Source: Puccinia triticina (taxonomy: Eukaryota). From it: 64,000 bases of DNA. The position numbers were made by a program, and so were the translations under genes. Of this stretch, positions 38,130 to 52,000 are shown one piece after another (position 1 is the first letter of the stretch; each line of letters begins with the position of its first letter). The stretch is taken from assembly GCA_026914245.1 (NCBI GenBank), contig CP110439.1, forward strand, positions 4,402,001 to 4,466,000, in the 5' to 3' direction. Below the pieces are notes generated by a model. The model searched no databases. It saw only the letters and a list, made by a program, of their open reading frames with translations, and was not told the DNA's origin.

Positions 38130-38712
38130 GGCCCCTAAAATTAACCCGGTTGAGGAAGAAAAAACTTTTTATGTGTTGTGTTGTGAGGGATGGTAATTTT
38201 TAGATGTGATTTTTTATAAGTATCCCTCTGGTTATTTCAAGATAATAAAGTGTAAGGATGATAAAAGAAAGAATAACAAAGTGGTGGGATATGTGTCTAT
38301 TGGCACTCAAACACAGTCCTTAAATAAAGGGGGGAAAACTGCCCACACCGGAGTGGAGGGGAGCCTTAGCGCTGCGCATACCGCAGTATCCGAGTTCCCC
38401 CGACCGCATCGGAGATGTATCCCTCGCTCCTGATCCACCAAGTCCCCTCGACTCCCCCAGACACTCCCCTCCGTCGTGATCCATCCCCAGACCCCAGCCG
38501 ATACCTGCACCTCCACCGCCGATACAAACTGGCTTGACCCCGCTAGAACCTCCTGCCACGTTGACCGTCCTGGTCGATAACGGTGTCTCCGAGTAAGTCC
38601 CCCAAGTTTCCTTCCCCCGACCGCATTGGAGATGTATACCTCGCCCCTGATCCTTGACTCCCCCAGACACTCCCCTCCGTCGTGATCCATCCCCAGACCC
38701 CAGCCAAGACCT

Positions 38713-40712
38713 ATGGATCACCCGCAAGTAGACAATCCTCGGCCCGACGCTGCCGGTAACTATCCTCGCCCCGACGCTAATGCCGCCGGTAACTATCCTC
38801 ACCCCAACGCTAATGCCGCCGGTAACTATCCTCGCCCCGACGCTAATGCTCCCGGTAACTATCCTTGCCCCGACGCTAGCGGTAACTGGCCAATGCCAGG
38901 TGGAGATGGGTGGGACTTGTTACATGATGAACACCAACCGGCTCTCGCCGCTTGTGCACCGCTTCAGTCTAGCACACACCACGGGGCCCCAGGTGGATTG
39001 CCATTGCCTATGATGGCAAGCCAAGGGGGAATCCAAGGCCACCCAGCTAACGATCACACTACCGGTCAGACCGCAGGCCCCGGGGCGGCCTCAGGCGCAT
39101 CATACCAACACTCCTTGGCGGCCGGGCCCCCAATGAATCCCACCAGTAAGCTACAGCTACATTTTCCTCTTTGCTTGGGGTATAACACTGAATGGTACTC
39201 CCCCAGCACCCACCCACTCATACCACGGCCGGCAAGGCGCGAGCGACCCCGGTGGACCTGGACCGATCCGGCATACCCCAACTAACCCAAGCCCAAGCCC
39301 GTACCGCTATAGCCGCCATGAGCCTCTGGCCCAACATGAGCGGCCCTCGGCGTCACCTGAACAAAGCCGCAGACCGACCCAGATGGCTTCCGGGCCCCTT
39401 CCACCGACTGGCGGTGCAGGCATGAGCAGCCCACCTGCATCGGAGCGGCCCCTTTCCGCCGCGACGAGCTGGAACTCAAGCCGCTCAGAAAACTCGTTGG
39501 CTTTGGTACGTCCCGATACTCTCACATTCATCAGAGACAACATCGGCACGCTTCGTGCCAACATTGCCAACACCGAGGAGTTTATCAGGGTTGCCGCGCC
39601 AGTATTTAACGTAAGTCAATAGACAGTCCACCCCCCCTTACCATAATTCCTCCCCAGGTGACTGACCTGTCTCTCACCGCGGGACATTATGCCCCCCCGA
39701 TCACAAACTAAATAGAGACCCGAGCACGAGAGATGGCCAGCAGCCATGGTCATGATTCTCGCGGGGCTTGAGGACATCCAATCCGGTATGGTCACGAAGC
39801 TGGTGAGCGAGTTGAAATCCTGCACTGAGGAAGCGAGTCGACCGGCAACCACAACCCTACTGGCTCCCAAATCAGAAGTGGTGGGCACCCTCAAGAACTT
39901 CGTGCACACCAATCTTCGTATTGTGTTACTTGATGGCTCTCTCAACGCTTATGGCCGCCTCCGTGGACGACGTATCAACGGAGCTGTCACACCTTTCACG
40001 GCCATGAAGGTGGGTCAATTGAATTTCTGCCCTTGTAAGCCTGGACCCGCAGCTGATCAAAAGTGTTTTCTTGCTTGCGATCAAGCAGGTCCTCATTGGC
40101 GAGCAGGACTCGGCATTCCTCTCCCAATTTCCCGCCAATTGGCAAGACAATGACGTGTGGAACTCGCAATTCGACACCCTTATCACCAATGACCTGAAGG
40201 CCGAGAAGCACAAACTGGTTGGTCTCATTTCATCCAACCTCCCAACCACGGGCAAACCACCACCTCCGGTCCCCGACCTATTTGACCTCGTTGAGGGTGT
40301 GTTCTTGGGAATGCTGCCGCGCTACAAGGATGCCTGCCCCAAGAAGATCAATGCGGAGGTGAAGGCACCGGCCAAGGCTCAACTGGCCCACATGCGAATG
40401 GTTTTCAACCTCAACCGTATCGCACGTGACGAAGGCAGCAAGGTGACCTTCTGGCATCAACTGGACAACGACCTCTACACGCGGATCGGTAAGCCGCGCC
40501 TGTACCACTTTGCATTTGCTTGGCTGATCCTGAAGAAGGATCGAGCCCTGTGGAACAAAACCAGAACGGTTAACGATGTCGACCCCGCTGACTTTGCGTT
40601 GCCAACCAAGGAAGAAATCAAGGCTGAATGTGAGAATCAACGGGCTCGGCGCCAAGGTCAAGATCCAGCATTGCCTCCCCCTGAAGATACATTGGACCTT
40701 GAGGACATGTAG
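38713..40712 (+). CDS. Element-borne hypothetical protein B, multi-exon
   Basis: Consecutive GC-rich ORFs (38713, 39383, 39746, 40071) separated by GT..AG-like gaps; N-terminal 11-aa repeats (AAGNYPRPDAN). Confidence 0.6.
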
Positions 40713-41622
40713 CCCAGCCCGGATTCCTCATACTTGCTCTCTCTTCTCTCTATCTCGTCGTCTATCCTATCTACAACTTTGATTGCCTGTCACGTCGTCT
40801 ATCTATCTTGTTGTCTATGCTATCTATCTCTTTGATCACCGTTTTAGGTCTGTCTATGTTGTCGTGTATATCGGCAATGGTTCTAGCTCCATCTCACATC
40901 TTGTCTATCTCAGTTTCTTATCATTATATTACTACGACGGCGCAATACAACATATGATGAATGTCTATTCTACTCTACAACTGGTTGATCGGAGTAATAC
41001 GGAATTGGTGGCCGGGAACGTCCGGCAAAACGTTTTGCAGGGTGAAGCCGAACAGTTTTGAGAGCACCCGGCAATTACAATAACGTTTTCCGTAACGTTC
41101 TCGGAAACTGCAACGGTTTTCCATAACGTTCGCCGTTTCCGAAAACGTTGTCAATTGAGTTGCGTGGTTATCCAAACGTTTCCCTCAACCTTCCTCGTTG
41201 GTGGAAACGTTGGAGGCGTTCACATAAACGTTTGAGCTAACTCATAAAGTTGGGGGAACCACATCCCAACTTTATTAGTTTCAATTCCGTTTGGGTGACG
41301 GTTCCTCAACTTTTGTTCAAATATCTCCCCAATCTTCTCAAAGTGGTTTCCGTGGGGGCTTCGCCCCGACGTATCGTACCAATTGTATTGCGAACGTTTT
41401 GGAAACCATACCACAACCACGTCAAAACGTTCGCTTGCAGCCGTGGTGTACTGGCCCAATTTGCATTCCTTTCTCATCCCAAATAGATATTTATGTACCA
41501 TAATTGGGTTTTGTATGTAGTCAATTCTAAAGAAGGTGAAATGACAAGCGCTGATTAGACCTCTTCTCCCTGGGCTCGATCCTTCACCTCCGCCAGAAGT
41601 TTCACCCGATTGGGAAAGAAAC

Positions 41623-42968
41623 ATGGATCCACTCAACCAGCCATTGGCCGACTTTATGGCAGAGTATCGGCTCCCACGTATGTGTAATTGTGTATCATAA
41701 ACCATCGTCCAGTGTCTCGTCAAACCCGTTAATGTGAACTGGTTGCCGGACTGATAATTGACCTTTTGACAAACTTCCTCGCAGTCCAAAAAGTCTGGGT
41801 GATTGACTTATTTAGACGCCTGTGGGATATAGATAAATGGGAAGTCGAAGCAGGCTCGCAAGTCTTCGGTGGCCTCGGCAGTCCGTCCAACTTCTTTGAC
41901 TACCCAGGCGCTTCGAGGGAAAATGTCAAAATTCAGTTGCATTCATGGATTCTGCCTCTCTTCAGCCAGCAGCTTAACGCTCTCCTGCCACTGCTAGACC
42001 CGGCCGAATTTCAGAAAGATCCAGGGACAAAACTCGCGCTAATCTTGCAGCTCCAAGCCGGAATCGCTCACTCCATGATTCGAGTCCAATCCGCGCTTGC
42101 CCTCATCTCTCCTCGACCATTATATTTCATAGACCAGACCAATGATCGACATGGGGGACAATTCAAAACGTATAGGCTTCATATGATTCTTGACGCAACC
42201 GAAAATATAATCAGCGATCCGTGCGAATTTTTTTATTGGGCCGGGGAACGCATCAGACAAATGGGGCTCTCTACGCAGCAATCGACTCACGAAGATGACT
42301 CACATTCTGAATGTGAGCTAACCCATGTTGATGCGATTGATCTGATTGAATGGACCATCGAGTACTTGAAAACAGAATCTGAGATGGAGTTTATCCAAAG
42401 ATTCAGTGGAACGGTTTGGATCGATGGTTTGCTCAGAAGTGCATTACTGATGCTCGACCCAAAAGCTCACTTTCAATTGGCAGAGCATGAGCAATATTAT
42501 ACAGTGGAAATCGTCCGCGAACCGGTGATCGAGCTCCTCAAATTGCTAGTACCAATCGCGAAGCTTTCCCGCATGTTTTTCGGAACCTTGAAGAAGATCG
42601 TCAGCAGGAAGCACCTATCATCCTATTCGGAGATGAACTCTGCTCAACTAGGCTCTGTATGTCACTCTTGTCAGGTAACTGGCCATGGTCTAAACAGCCT
42701 GTTGGAACTCCTGAGCGAAGCCAATGTTGCGATCTCCCCAGATGAAACCTACCGTATTTGCGAAGACATCATAGATATTTCGACTCACTCCAAACCAGGT
42801 GGATTGCTCATGATCCTCCTTCATCTTATCCCCATGATCCCCGAAACCGATGGCCTTCCTGATCAGAATTACTATCAAAGTTGGTTTTGTAGGTGGCATA
42901 TTCTGATGATTTTAGCTATTGACAACTTTCAAACTTCTGCCCGAAGATTTCAAGAGACGGTGTCATAG
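41623..42968 (+). CDS. Rust-type hypothetical family protein, paralog 1
   Basis: 400-aa ORF plus probable short first exon (MDPLNQPLADFMAE); shares KLSRMFF, EMxSxQL, PxIPxxxGxPxQN and WFxxW motifs with 47232-48590. Confidence 0.75.
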
Positions 42969-43350
42969 GTTTCCTTTTTTCTTTTTTCTGTCTACTTTTG
43001 TTGCTCGATATGAGCTGTTTTCTATTACTCTAGTAGAAGAAAGTTGTGCATCCATGTTGATCGAAGACTCTTTATTTGAGACGGAATTGATTGGTAAACA
43101 TGGGCTCACTCAGCACAAGAAAGTTGAATGATGAACCCCACTTTGTCAACGTGACACAGAATAACATTGTGACATAGTCGGCACGACTTTTGGACAGCTC
43201 CACAAAAGCAAGTGCGCCCAAAGCTGGTAAAAACGCGTGCTTTCTGCGTGTAAGTTTATTCCTCTTTTGTACACGTAATTACAAGAGTTATTTTTTTCTG
43301 TTTTGATGGGGTTGTGGAACCGGAGACGGCCCAGGGGTGCGGAGTCCATC

Positions 43351-44592
43351 TCAAGGGGATGAATAGAGAGCGGAGTGGATGACGGAGGCGACGGATCCGA
43401 TGGCGTGGCCCACAGAAGCACCAACGAGACAGGTGATTGGCCAAGCCTAAATTATCATAGCAAGTCAGAAAAGTTGGATCAGCTTATTGGTTAATTGGTT
43501 CGACGGAGAGCGCAGAGGGAAGGGGCCTGGGTTCTGTGGAATTAAGAGATACCTGCCAGGGACGGTCCCAGTCTAGTGGGATCGGGATGGCACCAAGCCA
43601 GGTACCAATACAGGCGCCAAAAGCGGGGAAGAGGAGGGCGACCTCGACCTCGTTCTTTGGTCTAAAAGAAGAAGGAAAATCGACGGTTTTAAGGCAGGCA
43701 ATCTCCCAGTAAGGTAAAAAAAGCGATGATGATGATGATGATGACGAGAGCTGGAGCTCACTGGAAGGTGGAGAAGATGCGGATCCAGTTGGGCTTCTCT
43801 CTGGCCTGGTTCCATCCGAGTAAGAGTGAGGCGGGGAAGAAGGCGAGCAGCCCCAGGAAGCAGGCCAGTCCGAGGTTCTTGAGCAGCTGGGACAACGAGG
43901 ATGTGGATGCGCCGAGGAGGACGAGTAGGGCGGTAAGAGCGAGCAAGATCACGGTGTTGATGAGAAGGGCTTCTTTGAGAAGCTGTGGACCAAGCACATC
44001 ACGTCAGCTGCGGCCATCCGTATGGGTTTTCTTTTTGGGTAGGGGAAGGGGGACTGACCAAGGTAGCCCGGCTGATCAGCGCGCGTAGCTTGGGGTCGAG
44101 TTCCTTGGCCAGTCGTTTGGGGAACTCGGAGGGAGGGGCAGAGATGAGGCTGAGGAAGAGCCTCTTGAGCTGGCTGGCCAGCACACGTTTCTCGGGCAGC
44201 GGCCGGCGTTTCTCCGAAGAGGCCGAGGGATCGGCAGGACCGACGAGCGAGTTCCTCCAGGAGCGGAGGAAGTTGGTGAACCAGAGCTGGACGAGCAGCG
44301 TGCCGAGGTTGATGAGGGCCAGAGAGCGGATCGGGTGGCGGACGAGATGCTGGACGCTCGGCCCGATTCCTCCTGCTGCTGCCGGATGGCCATCCTCGGG
44401 GCTGCTGAGGATCTTGCCAGGCAGATAGTAGACGGTGAAGTGGATGAAGAGCAGATGGAGCGGGACCACCGAGTAGTACTTCGTCCGCAGGTTGATCGAT
44501 GGCACCACCCGAGTGTTCGCCGGCGGGTCGTCCTTCGCGCTCGTCGTCGTCGTCGTCGTCTTTGGCTGGCCCTTGCCCCGCTGTTTGGTCAT
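43351..44592 (-). CDS. GPI11: GPI anchor biosynthesis protein PIG-F/Gpi11
   Basis: Spliced product contains GTWLGAIPIPLDWDRPWQ|AWPITC, the PIG-F signature, preceded by hydrophobic segments. Confidence 0.9.
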
Positions 44593-44745
44593 CGCTGGCT
44601 GGAGCAGCGTGGTCTCGTGGCGTGGTTGGTTGAGGTTCGGAGGTTGCGGCGGGGAAAAGGTGGTCGCGCGCTCAACCACAGCCAGCCGCACTTCCACCAC
44701 CAACAACCACCTCACACAGGAAAGGAAAGAAGACCATCAAGCACC

Positions 44746-45610
44746 ATGTCGTCATTCTTTGGAGGACTGTTCGTACCCTCCCTGCTTCCCTTTATCCACC
44801 AGCCAGCAAGCCTAACCTTTCTCTTCCCATCAGTGCGGGCGGGAAACAGAAAACGGTGATCAAACCACGCAAAGTTAAATCAAATTCACATCCCTTAACA
44901 AACAGGAAAATACACAGGGCTCTAATTGCAACGTTTTTGATTGCTTGATGTGACATTAGAACTTGCCTGAACACACGAAACAGTACCAACTGAAGAAGTA
45001 AACCCACTCCGTCCCTCATATCAAACAAGACACGAAGAGACAGAGAGGAGTAGATCGACTGATGGCATTTCCCCCCACCCTTGACTGGACCGGTATGATG
45101 ATATATCGCTTCCAAAGATATGCAGACGCCACGCTTGGATCGGGCAACTTGAGAGCCGCGGTGACGTTGCCGGAAGGAGAAGACCTGAACGAATGGCTGG
45201 CCGTCAACAGTCAGTCTCCAACCCACTTGTTTTCGAGCTACGGCAAGAAAGCAAACAAGCAAACACTGACATACTCAACTGATCATTCTGTTTGTCTCAG
45301 CTCTGGATTTCTACAACCAAATTAACATGCTCTATGGCACGGTGACCGAGTTCTGTACGCCTACTGAATGTCCCGTCATGAGTGCTGGTAGTCGGTCAGT
45401 CCTCCCTCTCAACCCATACACTTCCATCCTCTGAAAAAACACTCACTTCGGACGAATCTTAATTTTTTTATTAGGTACGAATATCATTGGCATGACGGGA
45501 AGGAGTTCAAGAAAGCCACGAAGGTCTCTGCGCCGGGTAAGATTCGCCTATTTTTCCGGGGCAAAGGGATCCATTTCTCTCGTGCCCTCGCATTGATCCT
45601 CTTCTCTCTC

Positions 45611-45641
<31 letters not shown>

Positions 45642-46189
45642 AGTATGTCGAATACTTGATGAATTGGGTTCAAGGATTCTTGGATGATGAGAAGATCTTT
45701 CCATCCAAAATCGGTAAGAAACTTTCAACTGCTCAGCCCCCATGAAACCAAATGAAGAAGAAAAAAAACCCACGAACGGGTTTTTATTAATGTAATGTTT
45801 GATATGACGTGATGTGTAGGACAAGAGTTTCCAAAGACATTCAAGACAACAATCCAGTCGATCGTCCGACGATTGTTCCGGGTCTATGCGCACCTCTACA
45901 ACCACCATTTCGCGCAGATCTGTGCGCTGGGGATCGAGGCTCATTTGAACACTTCTTACCGCCATTTCTACTTCTTTATCGACGAGGTCCGTCTTTTGTT
46001 TTGCTCTTCCCGACGGTTATCTGCTTCGTCTTTCTCTGATACAAATATCCTTCTTCCCTTCGGTTAATGAACTCGATCTTACATCTTTAGTTTGATTTGA
46101 TCAAGAAAGACGAGTTGATCCCGTTAGCCGAATTGAATGCAAGCATCATCTCAGGCGAACTCAATAGCCAACAGCAACAGCCCAAATGA
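44746..46189 (+). CDS. MOB1: MOB kinase activator Mob1
   Basis: Exons encode [70 protein letters not shown]. Confidence 0.95.
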
Positions 46190-46589
46190 TCTTCTTTACT
46201 CCTCGCATACGTCCTCCACCACATATTGTACTTCATGTAACTCCGGTATATAAACTACGCGAATAACAACTGCTTCAGATCCTCTCTTTTCTTTCAACCC
46301 TATCCTTAATCATGAACTCTCGTCTTACCTTTTAGCTGTTGTTGGTCCGATACAGTAATTGCCTTTTCTTTTCTTCCTCTCATATTCGTGTACTGTCGGG
46401 TGTTCTCAGTTGGGTTTCCATGTTGGCTTACTTTCACTGCCTTAGAGTTTTACAATTTAATTTGCTATTTATCCCACAACGTTTTGCTAGAGAAGTTATA
46501 TCGATGAGGAAGAAGAATATTGACATGGTTTTTGTTTTGGGATTACATACAAGAAGTGAATGAAGTACCAAAAGCAATGAGCTAGACTA

Positions 46590-46830
46590 GAAGAACGCAG
46601 ATGATATAAGGTATTGTTATCGAAATCTTCGGTAGCATCGATAAAGTGTTCAATAGCCAAAGTGAACTGGGTGCTCCAAGTAGCAAACCAAGCCTTGAAG
46701 TACATAGTTTTGAGTTGGGAGGCCATCCGTGTCCGGAATGAGAGGAGCAAAATAAACGGGTATAAGAGCAAAAGCAGATTCAAAACGATCCTCGAGCCGT
46801 TCGGTTATTTGAATGCATTCAAAACAAGTG
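46590..46830 (-). pseudogene. Degenerate duplicate of the 3' end of paralog 2
   Basis: FKAWFATWSTQFTLAIEHF versus FKAWFATWYTQFTVAIQHF in the adjacent gene. Confidence 0.8.
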
Positions 46831-47231
46831 GCTGCACTGTCGGCGGTAACCTGAATTTAAGCAACTGGTTTAATAACCCGGACAAGTGTGTTTGACGCTA
46901 GTAGGTTAGCTAACCCAGGTTAGCTAACCTCAATTTTACAGGTACCAATGCAAATGGTCTGATCATTCATGTCCTTTTCAATTTCTTTCTCACTTGAATA
47001 AAAAAAATCCGGCAATTTTGAATTTTGAACCTATATGCGATAAAGCAGTAAACAAGATAGATAGGCACCAGAGAGAGCTCGATGGATTTGTTTGGAGAAA
47101 AAAAGATGACCCTCATAAGGAAGAAGAATGTTAACTTGTTTTTTTTTTGATAGTGAATCAAGTACCAAGAGGGATAGAGGAATGAGAACACAGATGTTAT
47201 CCAGCATTGTGATCGCATGAGAACGCAGATG

Positions 47232-48590
47232 TTATGCAACATTGGGATTGAATGAGTCGACAGCGTTACTAAAGTGTTGAATGGCCACAGTGAACTGAGT
47301 GTACCAAGTAGCAAACCAAGCCTTGAAGTCGTTTTGAACTGGAAAACCCTCGGGGTCCGGAATGAGAGGAGCAAAGTAAAGGAGTATGAGAAATAAAGCA
47401 GATTCAAAACGGCCCTCGAGCCGTTTGGTTATTTGATTGCATTTGAAATGAGTGACTGCGGGGCCAAATGAGTCGGCGGTTTTCAATGCATCCATAATAT
47501 CGTGGAGATCAGAACACACTAATTCGGCCAATTCGCCGATAGATCGCAGCTGGTCGGAGCGCATTTCTGTGAACAGCGGGAGGCGTTTTCGGCTCATTGC
47601 TCGGTTCACTACTTTGTTGAAGAACATTCGGGATAGCTTCATGCTCGGCAATAGCGACTTGTATAGCTGAATGGCTTGGTTGCTCAAGGGTTCTGGAGTA
47701 GACATCGTATTTGCTTCGTTTAAGTGCGCCGTTCGATTGATTATCTCCCCGAGAAATTCCAGATACTGATTGATGCCGCGTACCTCCATTGGCCAATCAC
47801 GTCGTACAAGGTCAAACTCAGATCCTTCTAACCATTCAATTGCCGAATCGATTTCAAACAAGGCGCACCACGTGTGGTATTTTATTGATTCTGTGCTTGA
47901 AGCTATGTGAGTTGCGTGGGGGTACTTCGTTGTTGAAAGTTCCATTTGCTGAATAAGATCCTTGCCTTCGCTGAAAATCGAACATAACTCTGGACAAAAT
48001 TCATCCGCGATCCGACAGTGCAGGCCATCTGTTCGAAAGAATTTGAATTCTTTGAGATGTCGATCATTGATTCGCGTTGTCAGAGATGATTCTGGATCTG
48101 GGCAGACCGCGTAAATCGTAAATGCAACTTGATTCAAAGTCTGGTCGATGTCGGATTGGAGCTCCAAAATGATTTTAAGATGTAAGCCCGGATCTTGTTG
48201 TAAGCGATCTGGGTCTAATGATCGTGAAAGAGTCGTGGTGTGGTGTCTAAGTTGCGGCAGAAGATTCGAGCGTAGCTTGCTCAAGAGATCTTTCTTCACG
48301 TTGAGTTGTTCATTGGAAAAAGTTTCTTGAGTAGGCCTCGGGAACGGATCTTCATCGGCGTTCGCATGCGAACCAAACTTCCTTTCGAGTCTACTGAAAC
48401 CTCCGACGGCCAATTCTGGAGAAGCGTTGACGTCTGTGTAAGTTCATATGTATATTCGATAGTCAGGACAAAAGATTGAAATCTACACACCTCCCTGCGG
48501 CCAATGTTGCTTGTTTCTTGAGGAGCGGGCTTCGGGTCCGTTGGGCGCGTCGGGGCCTGTGCTGGTTGGCTCGGTCTCACTTTCAGCCAT
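47232..48590 (-). CDS. Rust-type hypothetical family protein, paralog 2
   Basis: 393-aa ORF plus probable first exon MAESETEPT...; same motifs as 41623-42968. Confidence 0.75.
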
Positions 48591-48772
48591 TGGGTATTTC
48601 CTGGAAGTACAAGACTATAGTTCACCATGAAAAAAGTGATATGAATAGGTGTCAGGTGACATGCAGTAACATGTGTTGAAAGTCCAGTGGTACTCCAAAT
48701 TCAACCCTTGAATAACAGTGGCCCATGGCTGAAACCAGAGAAATGTGATTTTTTGAAACCAGAGGTGGAATA

Positions 48773-48807
<35 letters not shown>

Positions 48808-49025
48808 TGTAATTTCGCCTTGAGCATTGCACACTATGAATATTCAAGTATCTGACTACTTACAAGTAGGGAAGAGGGAAAGAGGAATTAACATAAAGAG
48901 ATTGTTAAACTCAGGAGAGTACACGGTAACAGGATAGCTAATCAGAGAGAGGTGAAAGAAAGAAGAAAGAGAGAGAAAAAAGGAGAAAATACATAAAAAG
49001 TGAAACTACAAGAGCGTGCATAGGA

Positions 49026-52000
49026 TCAATCCAAGAAATGAAACCGGCCTGTCTTCCTGATGAATTCAAAAATCAGGCTATGCGCCTTTGAAAGATGGAG
49101 TAGAAGATGAGGTCTGTTTGAGTCAACCTTGAGCTTCTTTGATCTGGCTTTCCGAATAAGTTCCCTCCGAGGTTTTTGATATGCTGGGCATAGGTCGAGG
49201 AAGTGATTGGTAGTTTCTCGGCCTTCGCAGAAGGGGCAGATGGGGTCCAGTCTTCGTTTGACTTTAAAAAGGTAGGCGTTGAGGGGCGCATGGCCCGATC
49301 GGAGTTGATTGATCAGTGCCGACTGCAAGATTGGGAGATCGGAAATCCGTTTCTTCAGCTCCTTCCAAGAGGGTGTCGTGATTTGAGATTTGAGATATCT
49401 TGTGAGTTTGCATGCATTATGGTGTAGTTGTTGGTCCGGGCTCTTGTTCCTATTCGTTGCTTCCTTGGCCAGGAGGTTGGCAGCCTCGTTGCCACGGATC
49501 CCCCCATGCCCAGGGCACCATACCAAATGAAGATTCAATTCAGCGGGGAGTGAGCGCCAGATGTCTGAGATTTCATAGAAGAGGTACTGCCCCGGTTTTG
49601 CCGCATCACAGCTCCCTAAACGTTGTAGGACCCCCACGTTATCCGTGAGAATGAACACGTTGGAAAAACTCCGCGTGCGTAGTGCCTGCTCGGTGAGTCT
49701 GAATGCCAGAAGTAAACCGACTGCCTCGCACTCATGATTTGAGAAGAGGGGGTCTACCCCTAAAGACATGGATAATGCCAAGTTGAGGTCGGGGCAGATG
49801 GCCGCACCTGCTCCGCCCTTGTTCAAGTCATAAGATCCGTCAGTATAGATGACAACAGAATCAGGAGTGTTAAGAAGGGTGTCAACTAAGCTGGATGTGG
49901 CCTTTACGGCGGCCTCTTTTGACAGGCCCAGATTCCTAATGGGTGGTGTTGTCGGGTGTGAGTCCAAGCTGTTGTTGTATACAATGAGTATCTTCTCCGG
50001 GTTCAGTTTAGCAAGTTGGTCGAGTTGCTGTCGGGCATCAGGAATGTGTTTGCCAATCCAGTCATCCCGGCAGAGACCTCTCCCAACCAGAATATCCTGT
50101 ATGTTGCTATTGAAACGGCGACGAATAAATTTCCGGGTGAAGAAGCCAATCGTTACACTTCTACACATTGAAGAAATATCCACAACCGCCGATCTCTCCC
50201 GGTGCCATCGGGTTGGGGTGGATTTGAAGGTGCCTAGAGTGTAAATAGCTGCAAGATTGTTGACTTTGTTAGCTAGTCGCTGCAGCTTGGCGGAATTAGA
50301 GATGGTAGCCCAGACTGGAGCCCCATAAGATACTCGTGGTAAAAGAACCGCGTTCATCAGTCTGACACGGTCCTTTTCTCGAAGTCCCCACCGCGAGTTA
50401 CCCAGCGGTTTGAGTTGCGAAAATGTGGCCGAAGCCTTGCGTTCTAAAAAATTAAACATTGCCGTGTACGTCAGTTTTGTGTCAAGGAGGACTCCTAGCC
50501 ACCGAACCTCCTGGCAGGGGGGTAAAATTTGATCGCCAAAGGGGAGAGAATCAGAAGGGTGTGCCCTCCAGGTCAGCCATAAGAACTGCGCCTTTTTCTT
50601 ATCAAAAACGGCTCCAAACTTTGAAACCCATTGTAAGGAGCGAGATCCCTGATTGCCTAGCAATCTGACTGTGTCTCTCGCCGATTTGTTGGCAACCAGG
50701 TGGACCACATCGTCGACATAGCCTATTGAGACGACATCATTATCTAACCCAAAGGACTTGATCAGTAATGAGTTATTGTATAAAATATAAAGGATGACAG
50801 AGAGAGGTGACCCCTGAGGGAGGCCAATCTCAATATCAAATGGGGGGGATGTATAGTCATCCATTCTGATCGTTGTACAGCGGGCATCTAAGAACGACTC
50901 GATGATTCCGACAAGATACGCCGGGCAGTTCAAATGAGAGAGATAGTGGGTCAGTCTCCGCGGGTGAACAGAGGGGTAGGCAGATTTGACGTCCAGAAAT
51001 AAACCAGCAACAAATTTCTTCTCCTGCCATTTCCGACGGACCCAGGTGTCCAAAAGAACCAGAGCGTCTTCTGTACCCGCTCCTTTACAGCCTCCGAGGT
51101 GTCCATCGGCCAGAACTCCAGACTTCTCCGCCCACTCTGTCAGTCGACGAGCTATGATGAGCTCAAATAACTTGCCCATACCGCTCAGCAATGCAATAGG
51201 TCGATAAGCATTAGGGTCAGTGTAGTCATCTTTCCCCACCTTGGGGATGATGGCCGTGACAGCACATTTCCAGGTGGCGGGGAAAGAACTGCTAGCAAGT
51301 GCGGTATTAAAAACATCAGAAAGGATGGGAGCAAGGAACTTAGCTCCCAACTTGATCATTTCATTTGCAATACCGTCCACGCCCGGGGCCTTCTTGGGTG
51401 CAATCTTCTTAAAAGCCTCGATGACTTCCTCGGTACTGGTTCTGGGGTAACAGACAATTCTGCAGGGATACCTGATGGGGACATCAGACAGGTCAATGGG
51501 AGCCTGGATAACCGATGTGCCAGTGAATAGTAACTCAGCTTGCTCGAGTTTATCAGTAGTAATTGTACCATCCTGCCTTTTCAGGGGAAGAATGGTCTGC
51601 GCAGAGGCCTTCTTGGTGAACCTAAGGGCCTTGTAGACCGCCTCATCCGACGGGTTGTCTAGGAAGCGCCACCAGGCATTCCTCTTGAGGACGCGGATGG
51701 TGTCCCTAAAATAGATGTTCCACTGTCTGTAGCACTCAGCCGCTTCGGCACTTTTAGTTAATATAAGCCACTGTCTTGCTCTGTTTCTGGTTGCGATGAT
51801 GGGGTCCAGGGTGGATTTGCACCACCATGACTTAGCTCTGGTTCCATTCTCCGAGACCGGCCTCCCAAAACTGTCCTGGGCCTCTGCAACCATTTCAGTG
51901 ATTGCTTTGACCCGTTCCTCTAAGGAGCTATAGTCTGTCGCAAAGCAGTTGTCAGCCAGTTTCTCCATTCTCGCGCATGCTTTCTGAGAATCAATGGCTG

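Larger units (their letters stand above)
32364..41448. mobile_element. Complete 9.1-kb CMC/EnSpm-type DNA transposon with three genes
   Basis: TIR CACCACGGCTGCAAG / CTTGCAGCCGTGGTG; TA on both flanks; dense AAACGTTT subterminal repeats at ~32400-32860 and ~41020-41430. Confidence 0.9.

Noticed and set aside
46903..46930. Short AGGTTAGCTAACC double palindrome
   Set aside because: Too short, with no TSD or second copy to interpret.
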